The position numbers and the translations under genes were made by a program. This document shows positions 1 to 7,946 of a stretch of DNA of 24,000 nucleotides, piece after piece (position 1 is the first letter of the stretch; the number at the start of each line of letters is the position of its first letter). The notes under the pieces were generated by a model. It worked only from the letters and a program-made list of their open reading frames with translations. It did no database searches and was not told the DNA's origin. Source of the stretch: Peribacillus sp. RS7 (GTDB taxonomy: Bacteria; Bacillota; Bacilli; Bacillales; DSM-1321); assembly GCF_041956845.1 (NCBI RefSeq), contig NZ_CP168135.1, positions 911,353 through 935,352 on the forward strand, written 5' to 3'.

Positions 1-1773
1 AGTTTCGTATTGCTTTCCTCTCCACTTCCAATACTTTCTATGGAATGCTTTATATTGACTTTCAAGCTCAGGAATATTTCTAAAACTTTCTCCATTATTT
101 TTCAATCCATGTATTACTTTACTATACTGTTTATGTAGACTCTCTGGTATCTCTAACATAGTACCAGGTTCTTCTTGAATTAAATGATGTAAATTAATTT
201 TAGTTCCATCATTTGCATACGGAGCACGCCCACTCTTCATTCTTTGCAAATTGGTTTCATTTGTTACCGGATCTAATTTATTTATATCTAAATCCTTGAT
301 TTGATACACTCTTCGGTCTATATCTTTTATCTTACCTTTAGCTTTAACTTTCCCTTGTACTTCAACAGCATTATATTTTTCATTATTCAACCAAGGTAGT
401 GATATATTTTTCCCTGTAAATGGTTTTCTTGTTGGATCTGAAACTTTTTGGGCCTTAGATATAAGCTGATCTTTCAACCCAACACCATTTACCACATTAT
501 AAGGTACTCCCCCTGCCAACGACAGTTGGTTTTTAGGATTGTATGGCAATAGGTTAGGGATAGTGGCCAGTTCTTTTGCCTTCGATACGCCTTTTACTGC
601 AGCCGCTTTTGTAGTGGCTGCCCCAGTCTTCGCTACAGCACCCGCTCCTTTTGTTCCTACTACTGATGTGACGACTGTTCCGAGGGCATAGGATACCCAA
701 TGTGCCCGCGAATAGGCATCGCCATTTACCATATCCCGTTCATATGAGTCCGAGATGGATTTGGATATATATTTATAGGTTTTTATCGGGTGCATGATTG
801 AATTTGCTACACCTTCAACTGTTTCCCCAGGATCTGTGACAAAGTCCCAAACTCCGGTCACAAAGTCTTTCCCTACATCATACAGGCCTACGCCATTTCC
901 TTTTGTAATGTCTGCGGTTTGCTTAGCCGCTTCTAGCTGCATGACATATTGCTGCTGGGTGGGTGCTAAGTTTTCATACCCGATCTGCTTGGCGATTTTG
1001 AGAAACTCATCTGGATCTGTTACATGATCGAGTTGTGCCTTCAAGTCTTTGATCCGGCGATTCTCCGCTTCCTCTTGCTTAACCTTCAGATATTCGGCGG
1101 TTTCTTTTTTCCTTACTTCTAGGTTTTTATAGGCTTCACTATTTTTATAAGCTGTTGCATTAAAATAGAGCGGGGATACTTCTCCTCCCCTTGTACTGGA
1201 TATTTTCAATTGCTCCATGAGTGCCGTCACTGCCGCTTGGTCCGCTTCGGATTTAGCATATTCAGCCGTCCACTTATGATCGATTTCGTTTACTTTGTCT
1301 ATCGTTTGGTTCCGTTTCCTTTCAGCTTTCTCGATATTCTCAAAGAACGCATCATCAGAGAAAGGCTCTAACTGAATGATATCATCAATTCCGGAAAATA
1401 TTTTTTTCAGATCATTTTTCTGGGCTGTGACCATTTCCTTGGAATTTCGATTGGCGTTTTCCAGCTCTTCCTCTAAAAAAGGAACTGTAACCACGGTTTC
1501 ACTAAGGTTCGCTTCGATTGTATCTCCTTGAATTCCACTTAAAAAGGCAACATGCCGATTGATCAGGCGCAGCCAAGAATCCACGACATCGATCTGTGCT
1601 TTGTAAAACCCTTTAATGGCCTCTGCACCTTGACCCTGTAGCTCATCATCCAAATTAACGATACTCTCAAATCCTTTTTTTAATTCCGTGAGCTGTTCCT
1701 TTAGATCTTTATATTGTCCGACACGCGTTTGCATGGCAGAAACTAGTGTTTGAGATTCGTAAATCATCGACAT
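1..1773 (-). CDS. LXG-domain type VII secretion polymorphic toxin with C-terminal HNH/EndoVII-fold (LHH-type) nuclease domain; 3' end runs off the window
   Basis: Missing from the ORF track because it is open at the window edge. My translation of the minus strand from ATG 1773 (RBS GAAAGGA about 9 nt upstream) is stop-free to position 1, 591 codons. N-terminus: MSMIYESQTLVSAMQTRVGQYKDLKEQLTELKKGFESIVNLDDELQGQGAEAIKGFYKAQIDVVDSWLRL, an LXG-domain pattern. Middle: DAYSRAHWVSYALGTVVTSVVGTKGAGAV. Linker: LLPYNPKNQLSLAGGVPYNVVNG. Tail: RAPYANDGTKINLHHLIQEEPGTMLEIPESLHKQYSKVIHG...FHRKYWKWRGKQYET. Confidence 0.8.
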   Translation of the reverse strand, partial: MSMIYESQTLVSAMQTRVGQYKDLKEQLTELKKGFESIVNLDDELQGQGAEAIKGFYKAQIDVVDSWLRLINRHVAFLSGIQGDTIEANLSETVVTVPFLEEELENANRNSKEMVTAQKNDLKKIFSGIDDIIQLEPFSDDAFFENIEKAERKRNQTIDKVNEIDHKWTAEYAKSEADQAAVTALMEQLKISSTRGGEVSPLYFNATAYKNSEAYKNLEVRKKETAEYLKVKQEEAENRRIKDLKAQLDHVTDPDEFLKIAKQIGYENLAPTQQQYVMQLEAAKQTADITKGNGVGLYDVGKDFVTGVWDFVTDPGETVEGVANSIMHPIKTYKYISKSISDSYERDMVNGDAYSRAHWVSYALGTVVTSVVGTKGAGAVAKTGAATTKAAAVKGVSKAKELATIPNLLPYNPKNQLSLAGGVPYNVVNGVGLKDQLISKAQKVSDPTRKPFTGKNISLPWLNNEKYNAVEVQGKVKAKGKIKDIDRRVYQIKDLDINKLDPVTNETNLQRMKSGRAPYANDGTKINLHHLIQEEPGTMLEIPESLHKQYSKVIHGLKNNGESFRNIPELESQYKAFHRKYWKWRGKQYET

Positions 1774-1928
1774 AATGGAAAGTCCTTTCAACTACTTGTC
1801 TTATAAAAACTTAGAGATTACTTATGTAATATTTTTATTCACTGTAAAATTATGGACTAAATATATTTTAGAAGAGTTTCTAGATTTATTCAAGAATTAA
1901 CAAGATAAGTGGCTCTTTTGTTCCAATA

Positions 1929-1963
1929 CCACTAAAAACACAAAAGGGCGCTTATAAGCGCCC
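1929..1963 (-). terminator. Rho-independent terminator after the 115-aa membrane-protein gene
   Basis: Perfect palindrome GGGCGCTTATAAGCGCCC (1946-1963), followed on the minus strand by TTTTGTGTTTTT. Confidence 0.7.
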
Positions 1964-2065
1964 TCAATCCAAAACTAAATTAATTTTCCTCTGACCAGAT
2001 TATGGTTAATTCTAGATGTTTATTTTCTATTAAACCCCAGATAAAGCTTTGATTTCTCCCCTGAG

Positions 2066-2413
2066 TTACTCGCCTTTTTTACCAAGAACCACCGCCAAAG
2101 TAAGAAATATATAAGGATAAGTTAATAAAGTAAGCTCTAAAAAACCCATACTTCCAAAAAGAAATAGATCTGGAGCGTGTCCGTCTGAATAATATCCTTT
2201 TCCGGTCAAATACAAGCCAACAAGAAGATACGTTATTATAGATATACCTATTAAACCATAGCCTATGAAATTAAACTTAATTATTGTAAAACTATATACT
2301 AAAATACCTAAATATAACAATCCAAGCAGCAGCAATAAAATCGGTATGTAAAATGGCTCATAAAAATAGTCACTCATACTTTCAATTAGCATCTTATACC
2401 CCCTTCTGACCAT
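2066..2413 (-). CDS. Small multi-pass membrane protein, function unknown (possible immunity-type partner of the upstream gene)
   Basis: ORF track 115 aa. Three to four hydrophobic helices (IPILLLLLGLLYLGILVYSF, GYGLIGISIITYLLVGLYL, FLELTLLTYPYIFLTLAVVL). A better start is probably ATG 2392 (MLIESMSDYF), which has RBS AAGGGGG 6-7 nt upstream. ATG 2413 has no RBS. Confidence 0.6.
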   Translation of the reverse strand: MVRRGYKMLIESMSDYFYEPFYIPILLLLLGLLYLGILVYSFTIIKFNFIGYGLIGISIITYLLVGLYLTGKGYYSDGHAPDLFLFGSMGFLELTLLTYPYIFLTLAVVLGKKGE

Positions 2414-2416
2414 AAC

Positions 2417-2716
2417 TTATTCTGGATTACAAATATTAATATAAGTACCAGCCAAAGTTTTATCAGGTCGCCACGGTTCTAAATTCCAAGAACTTTTATA
2501 AATAGTAAGAGGATTAGCTGCATGACATATAAACTGGTCTTTAATTCTACCTACCTTTGAGCTACTAATATACTTCTTGAAATCAGCATCAGCCGTCACT
2601 TCACTCCACATATCCAACATAATTTTTGCTTGAGAAAGACCTGTCATACTAGACGGACCCAAAGCCCAATGAGCAGTAATATAAGCTTTAGTACAGGTTC
2701 TAGCTCGTTTTTTCAT
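2417..2716 (-). CDS. DUF2599-like domain protein (short form, no signal peptide)
   Basis: ORF track 99 aa, RBS GGAG upstream of ATG 2716. The C-terminal motif KDQFICHAANPLTIYKSSWNLEPWRPDKTLAGTYINICNPE matches my memory of the DUF2599 signature (Q-F-x-C-H ... W-N-L-E-P-W-R-P ... C-N-P). Confidence 0.5.
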   Translation of the reverse strand: MKKRARTCTKAYITAHWALGPSSMTGLSQAKIMLDMWSEVTADADFKKYISSSKVGRIKDQFICHAANPLTIYKSSWNLEPWRPDKTLAGTYINICNPE

Positions 2717-2777
2717 TTTCTTCTCCTTTTTTGTTTTTTCCTATAATAGAACATTAACAAAAAACTAGGATTGATTG

Positions 2778-2818
2778 ATCCCAAAAATGAATTCAGGATT
2801 TCCACATATGGAATATTT
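2778..2818 (-). promoter_or_regulatory. Conserved 41-nt upstream motif, copy A (38/41 identical to 14693-14733)
   Basis: ATCCCAAAAATGAATTCAGGATTTCCACATATGGAATATTT lies 62-102 nt upstream of ATG 2716. It contains the inverted repeat TTCCA-N4-TGGAA. Confidence 0.5.
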
Positions 2819-3141
2819 CCCTTCTTTCCGTCCACTCACATATTAGATAGGTAAAAAAGCTGTGAACCACCTCTTTGTGATACCTTTTTCCCCGCAAATT
2901 AAAAACCCCTGACACTAAAAGTACCAAGGGTTGAAGATTAATATATTTACATATAATGGGCACGTTCCCATGGAAGGGTCATTAAACATTTGTTTTTCAA
3001 AAACAATTTTACTGACCTCAATGCGAGTTCTTCAGTTGTCCAGGTTAGTAAGTAGCTTTACTCGTGATGTATCGGTCATTACGGTATGGGGGCTAATAGA
3101 TTTGTATTACTTTAAGCTTTGTAATATTGAACAAAAATAGG

Positions 3142-3184
3142 CTGTCCAGGAGCCACAAAATTGGCAAGCTGGACAGTATTTTTT
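3142..3184 (+). terminator. Orphan stem-loop plus T-run (terminator-like on both strands) in otherwise unannotated DNA
   Basis: CTGTCCAG (3142-3149) pairs with CTGGACAG (3169-3176), with inner GCCA/TGGC pairs, then TATTTTTT. The minus-strand reading is also followed by a T-rich run. Confidence 0.45.
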
Positions 3185-3234
3185 AATAGTAGTTAGACGA
3201 TGGGTGATCACAAAGTTAAACTGATACGTAAATA

Positions 3235-3260
3235 AGGGCTATTCCTCTAGGAATAGCCCT
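3235..3260 (-). terminator. Terminator hairpin downstream of metQ
   Basis: AGGGCTATTCC-tcta-GGAATAGCCCT, an 11-bp perfect stem, sits 16 nt after the metQ stop. T-rich flanks on both strands. Confidence 0.6.
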
Positions 3261-3275
3261 TTCTTTGTATCAAAA

Positions 3276-4102
3276 TTAAAATGCCGGTATGGCAGTTTCA
3301 CTATATTTCTCTTCTAAAAATTTGCGTACCTCTGGGCTTGTCATAGCCTTGGCCAGCTTTTGGACTGGCTCAGAATCCACGTTATCCTTACGTGCTACTA
3401 ATGTAATCGCAAAGTCATTTTCAACACCTTCTGTGAGAAGAGCGTCATTTTTTGGTGTCAAACCAAGCGGTGCAGCGTAAGCAGGTGTTATCACTATCGC
3501 ATCTGCTTCATCATACGTTCTCGCTAGCATTAATAAATCCACTTCTTTAAACTGATAGTTTTTAGGGTTTTCGGTAATATCAGACATTGTATAGTATGGA
3601 CCCTTTTTTTCCTTTAAAGTAATAACTTTATGCTGTGCTAGCAATGCCAATGAACGATCAATATTCGACACATCATTTGCAATGGCAATAACGGCACCCT
3701 CTGGCAATTGATCGATTGAATCGTATTCTTTTGAATACACACCATAATTGGCAAAATAAATTGGTTTCACTGGTACAAGCTCGGCATTTTTGTTTCGATT
3801 GAATTCCTCCATATACGGAACGTGTTGGAAGAAGTTCACATCCACTTCTCCTGCCGCAAGTGCGGTGTTAGGCTGCACATTATCACTTAATACAACCATT
3901 TCCAGGTTAATGCCCTCCTCTGCCAACTTTGGTTTAACAAGCTCAAGAATTTCCGTCATTGGGGGAATGAGTGAGGCCACTTCAATGTTACCTCTTCCTT
4001 CTCCTGGTTCTGCGCATTTTCTTTCTCTTTTACTTCATTCGCCTTTCCACATCCTACTAAAAGCAACATGATTGCTGTCATGAGAAAGAGTATTTTTTTC
4101 AT
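3276..4102 (-). pseudogene. metQ: MetQ/NlpA-family methionine-binding lipoprotein; signal peptide and mature domain lie in different frames (frameshift or sequencing error)
   Basis: The track ORF 3276-3980 (GTG start) encodes the mature solute-binding domain (IEVASLIPPMTEILELVKPKLAEEGINLEMVVLSD...FFQHVPYMEEF). ATG 4102 has RBS GGAGGG and encodes a textbook lipoprotein signal MKKILFLMTAIMLLLVGCGKANE, but in another frame that stops at about 3955. The mature frame is closed by a TGA at about 4035. Confidence 0.6.
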
Positions 4103-4120
4103 GATGTTTCCCTCCATTAT

Positions 4121-4783
4121 TTATCTTTTATCAATCATTCTGGCTACAGCTGTGCCAATAAATTGGATAAGCTGTACTAGAATAATCATAATGATAATCA
4201 TATAAATCATTAGCTCTGTTTTAAACTGCTGATAGCCATACCTGATGGCAAAATCGCCGATACCGCCGCCTCCGACCACTCCCATGATCGTTGAATAGGA
4301 AATAAAGCTGATAATCGATGTTGTTAGTCCGAGGACAAGCCCTGAACGAGCCTCCACGTAAAGAAATTTGAATATGACATCCTTTACAGAAGCCCCCATG
4401 GAAATGGCTGCCTCGATCACACCCTTTGGCACATCCAATAAAGATTGCTCGACCAATCGCGAATAATGGGCAATGGCAATGATCGCTAATGGAACGCAAG
4501 CAGATGCTGTACCAATGGCTGTGCCGATTATGAGTCTGGTAAACGGGATTAAAAAAACAACCAATAACAAAAATGGGAATGAACGAATAATATTCACAAG
4601 TAAATTTAAAATCGAGAAAGCCCACGGATTTTCAAGCAAATGACCCTTCCTACAAAGAAATAGCAAGGTCCCGACAGGCAATCCAATCAAAATCGCAGCT
4701 AAAATGGACACACCAACCATGGTAATGGTTTCTCCAATTGACTGCCAAATTTCTGCCTCATATTGAACTAAAATCTCAGGCAT
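4121..4783 (-). CDS. metP: Methionine-type ABC transporter permease (MetI/MetP family)
   Basis: ORF track 220 aa, 5-6 TM helices. Sits between the ATPase and the NlpA-family binding protein. Its start overlaps the metN stop by 8 nt, suggesting translational coupling. Confidence 0.85.
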   Translation of the reverse strand: MPEILVQYEAEIWQSIGETITMVGVSILAAILIGLPVGTLLFLCRKGHLLENPWAFSILNLLVNIIRSFPFLLLVVFLIPFTRLIIGTAIGTASACVPLAIIAIAHYSRLVEQSLLDVPKGVIEAAISMGASVKDVIFKFLYVEARSGLVLGLTTSIISFISYSTIMGVVGGGGIGDFAIRYGYQQFKTELMIYMIIIMIILVQLIQFIGTAVARMIDKR

Positions 4784-5525
4784 GACCTAGCCCACCATTC
4801 TCTGCTAATTGTTCGATAAAGTATTCTGGACGATTATCCCTTTTTTGAATCCCGGTTGGTTCGATTAAGACAGTGTCATAAATCTCTCCATCTGCCATGA
4901 TAGTAACACGATTGCATATACTTTTAATGACATCCAGCTCATGACTAACAATGACAATCGTCACACCGAAGCGTTTGTTTATGTTCTCTAGCACGTCTAA
5001 TATTTCAGCCGTTGTATTTGAATCAAGGGAAGAGGTCGGTTCATCACATAACAACACTTGCGGGTTATTTGCCAATGCCCTTGCTATGGCAACACGTTGC
5101 TTTTGTCCCCCACTTAATTGTGCAGGATATCTCTCCATCTCCTTCTCCAATCCGACAAATTGAAGACACTCTACAACACGGCTCCGACGTTCTTTCTTTG
5201 GATAATTTGCCAGCTCTAAAGAGGCTGCCACATTGTCATAAACCGTTTTATTTGCCACAAGATTAAAATGCTGAAAGATCATGCCAATCGACTTCCGTGC
5301 CCCTCGAAGTGCTTTATTGTTCAATGTTGTCAACCTTTGGCCGTTTACCTCCACTTCGCCCGCATCTGGGGTCTCCAACAAATTCATTAGCCGCAGCAAC
5401 GTTGATTTCCCTGCTCCACTTGCTCCGATTATTCCATGAATTTCACCTTTAGGTATTGTTAAAGTAACAGACTTAATTGCCTGAAACTGTGAAAATTTTT
5501 TACTCACTTGATGCAGGTTTATCAT
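4776..5525 (-). CDS. metN: ABC transporter ATP-binding protein, MetN-like but lacking the C-terminal NIL domain
   Basis: Walker A GASGAGKST, signature LSGGQKQR, Walker B LLCDEPTSSLD, H-loop VSHE. Only 249 aa. Confidence 0.85.
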   Translation of the reverse strand: MINLHQVSKKFSQFQAIKSVTLTIPKGEIHGIIGASGAGKSTLLRLMNLLETPDAGEVEVNGQRLTTLNNKALRGARKSIGMIFQHFNLVANKTVYDNVAASLELANYPKKERRSRVVECLQFVGLEKEMERYPAQLSGGQKQRVAIARALANNPQVLLCDEPTSSLDSNTTAEILDVLENINKRFGVTIVIVSHELDVIKSICNRVTIMADGEIYDTVLIEPTGIQKRDNRPEYFIEQLAENGGLGHA

Positions 5526-5827
5526 AAAATCCCACTTTCTATTTGTTGAAAGGTAAGCATATCGCTCCTCATTATAGTTTCATCAAAGAAACACAACTGA
5601 GAAACATTTTATCAACTAATGAGGACCAAATGCAAAGACACAAATTAACAGTTAAAGACTTCCAACCCTATTAGGCTCCCTCTTTCTATTGGCTTTTTAT
5701 ATACCATTCTTAGATATGAGTGATTATTTCATAATTATCATCCTTTATGACTGGATTTTTTTGAGTTTTCACTCTATTAATCGGATTATTCATTTTAAAC
5801 TAATAGAGGGTGTATTATAATTATAAA

Positions 5828-5848
5828 TGATAATGGTTATCATTATCA
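5828..5848. promoter_or_regulatory. Fur box overlapping the esterase promoter
   Basis: TGATAATGGTTATCATTATCA. Positions 5829-5847 match the classic 19-mer GATAATGATAATCATTATC at 17/19. It also reads as two overlapping 7-1-7 motifs. It lies just downstream of a TATAAT-like -10 (about 5815-5820) and 40 nt upstream of ATG 5888. Confidence 0.7.
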
Positions 5849-5887
5849 CAAAAATACGAATATTCTAAAGGACGTGGAGGAAAATAC

Positions 5888-6712
5888 ATGATTCAATACC
5901 TTGATGAGAAAATTGCCAACTATGAGGTATGTGTCATCTTACCCTCAAGTTACGATCAATCCAAGAAATACCGAACGATCTATATGCATGATGGTGGGGA
6001 AACTGCCATGCAAGCTGCAAACTATATCGATCATTTAATACTTTCAGGTCAAATTGAACCACTTATCGTTATTGGAATTGAACCAATTGATCGCAACAAT
6101 GACTATACGCCGTGGGAAGCACCATCACTTGCACCACATGCTTCTACCTTTGAAGGACAAGCGCAGATTTATTTACATACTGTTGTAACCGAAATAAAGC
6201 CATATATAGATGCCCATTATGCTACGAATCCTGAACCTTCACATACATCTATTTCCGGCTGCTCACTTGGAGGACTTGTTTCGATTTTCGCCTCCTATTA
6301 TTATCCAGAGGTGTTCCATCAATATATTTCATTATCCGCTTCCTTTTGGTACGAGGATGTTCTTCGCTATCTTCAAGGGGAAAAGATTGAACGGCAAGGA
6401 AATATCCATATCAAACCAACTGTGAGTCGTCAAAATCATCAGCTCTATTTATATGTCGGGGAATTAGAGGGAATTTATAAAGAAACGATACAAAAACATA
6501 TGGTTGACTACACGAAGAAAGCCCACCTTGAATTTATCAAGGAAGGCTATTCGGAATCTAATCTATTATTTGCGTCAGATCCAGAAGGAACTCATGATGA
6601 CCTATTCTTTTCTAACTACTTCATTCAGTCACTTCGTTGGTTATTTGGCATAGAAATTGAACTACCCACCAATTATCGACCTTACAGTCTGATTGAAGTG
6701 GGGGATTCCTAA
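5888..6712 (+). CDS. Alpha/beta hydrolase of the putative-esterase family (siderophore/enterochelin-esterase-like); C-terminal tail replaced by read-through into an IS element
   Basis: ORF track 274 aa, RBS GGAGG. Motifs: YMHDGG, nucleophile elbow GCSLGG, SLSASFWY, and a C-terminal GTHDD (candidate catalytic His). Fur box upstream. The last 17 codons (LPTNYRPYSLIEVGDS) are IS-derived. Confidence 0.8.
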   Translation: MIQYLDEKIANYEVCVILPSSYDQSKKYRTIYMHDGGETAMQAANYIDHLILSGQIEPLIVIGIEPIDRNNDYTPWEAPSLAPHASTFEGQAQIYLHTVVTEIKPYIDAHYATNPEPSHTSISGCSLGGLVSIFASYYYPEVFHQYISLSASFWYEDVLRYLQGEKIERQGNIHIKPTVSRQNHQLYLYVGELEGIYKETIQKHMVDYTKKAHLEFIKEGYSESNLLFASDPEGTHDDLFFSNYFIQSLRWLFGIEIELPTNYRPYSLIEVGDS

Positions 6713-6830
6713 GAACATTAGCCTATCGGCCAATTTTTAATTAGGCTAACCCCGTAGTTCCTACGGTTAGAAGCCTTATGGCTTCATTCATTAAGTTGAG
6801 TCCTGCGTTATTATCTCGATCGTGGTGCGT
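6662..6830 (-). ncRNA. Predicted omega RNA (reRNA) scaffold spanning the tnpB 3' end and the IS right end
   Basis: Stacked perfect hairpins on the minus strand: GAAGCC-ATAA-GGCTTC (6770-6785); CCGTAG-GAA-CTACGG (6752-6766); TTAGCCTA...TAGGCTAA (6718-6749, spanning the stop codon); and a terminal CCCAC(TT)CAAT...ATTGGTGGG hairpin (6665-6702) ending at the IS boundary. The 5' extent is a guess. Confidence 0.4.
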
Positions 6831-7946
6831 AGAACAAAAAGGACAATCCCACTCACGAAGATTCAGATGTTTAACCTCTTTATTTTGGTAACCGCAGCTA
6901 GAACACAATTGACTAGAAGCAAACGTTTTAGATACGGTCACGATTTGTTTACCATACCATTTTGCTTTGTATTCCAACATTTTTTTGAATTGGTACCAAG
7001 ATACTTCACTAATTGCTTTAGCAAGTTTGTGATTTTTCATCATATTGGACACTTGCAAGTCTTCCATTCCAATAACATCGTGGTTTTTGATGATTTCGGT
7101 AGAAAGTTTATGTAAGTAATCCATACGGGCATTTGAAATTTTTTCGTGTTGGATAGCCACTTTTCTTTTTTGTTTTTGATAGTTTTTGGCTTCAGCCAAC
7201 GATTTATTTTGATTCAAGGCTATTTCTTGTCGCCTTGAAAGAATCCGTTGTGCTTTGGCCAATTTCTTTTCGACCGTCCGGAAGAATTTTGGGTTTGTAT
7301 AGACCGTACCATCTGAAAGAATCGCAAAGTTCTTCAAACCAACATCTACACCGCACGAACGATTCGTTTTAGGAAGTACTTGTACATTGGTTTCGGCTAA
7401 AACGGAAATGAAATATTTACCCGAAGGGTTTCGCCTGATTGTGGCATTGATTATTCGTCCTTCGACTTCACGGCTTTTAGCAAAACGAACGAAACCGAGT
7501 TTGGGCAATTTGATTTTGTTTCCAATCATTCCGATATTTCCATTCGTATGTTTAGTCGTGTAGGATTGGACCGGGTTCTTTTTCGATTTGAAGCGTGGTG
7601 ACTTGTTTTGCTTTTTATAATATCGACTATAGGAATCTGCTAAATTTTCCACCGATTTCTGTAAGGCTATACTGTCTACTTCTTTCAGGAAAGAATACTC
7701 TTTCTTTAAAGCTGGAAGTTCTTTGATTGTTGCGTATTTATTCAGAAAGCAACCTTTCCATTCATTAAAGGGTAATTGGCCGTTCTGCTTCATTTCTTCA
7801 CAGACATACCAGTAGGCATCTTTCTCATTTTGTTTGCCCAAAAAGAAGTTATAGACAAAACGGGAGCAGCCGATCGTTTTATTGATTAGAACTATTTGTT
7901 CTTTCGTTGGGTAGATTCGAAATTTAAAAGCTTTGTTTACGACCAT
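6741..7946 (-). CDS. tnpB: TnpB (IS605 OrfB-type RNA-guided RuvC nuclease)
   Basis: Start ATG 7946 ([17 protein letters not shown]) with RBS GGGGGTGA. The track start 8000 has no RBS. RuvC motifs are intact: [11 protein letters not shown] (D), IGMEDLQV (E), [10 protein letters not shown] (D). Zinc ribbon: CSSCGYQNK...CPFCSTHH. Confidence 0.9.
   Translation of the reverse strand: MVVNKAFKFRIYPTKEQIVLINKTIGCSRFVYNFFLGKQNEKDAYWYVCEEMKQNGQLPFNEWKGCFLNKYATIKELPALKKEYSFLKEVDSIALQKSVENLADSYSRYYKKQNKSPRFKSKKNPVQSYTTKHTNGNIGMIGNKIKLPKLGFVRFAKSREVEGRIINATIRRNPSGKYFISVLAETNVQVLPKTNRSCGVDVGLKNFAILSDGTVYTNPKFFRTVEKKLAKAQRILSRRQEIALNQNKSLAEAKNYQKQKRKVAIQHEKISNARMDYLHKLSTEIIKNHDVIGMEDLQVSNMMKNHKLAKAISEVSWYQFKKMLEYKAKWYGKQIVTVSKTFASSQLCSSCGYQNKEVKHLNLREWDCPFCSTHHDRDNNAGLNLMNEAIRLLTVGTTGLA

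Noticed and set aside
794-1027. Plus-strand 77-aa ORF
   Set aside because: It lies antisense inside the 591-codon LXG toxin frame, which has clear domain signatures and an RBS.
2931-3140. Plus-strand 69-aa ORF as a real small protein
   Set aside because: TTG start with no Shine-Dalgarno sequence, and an odd composition. It is kept only as part of the possible sRNA region.
3289-5266. Track ORFs 3289-3480, 3790-4071, 4221-4625, 4951-5163 and 5012-5266
   Set aside because: All lie inside or antisense to the metQ, metP and metN coding frames, which carry unambiguous ABC-transporter motifs.
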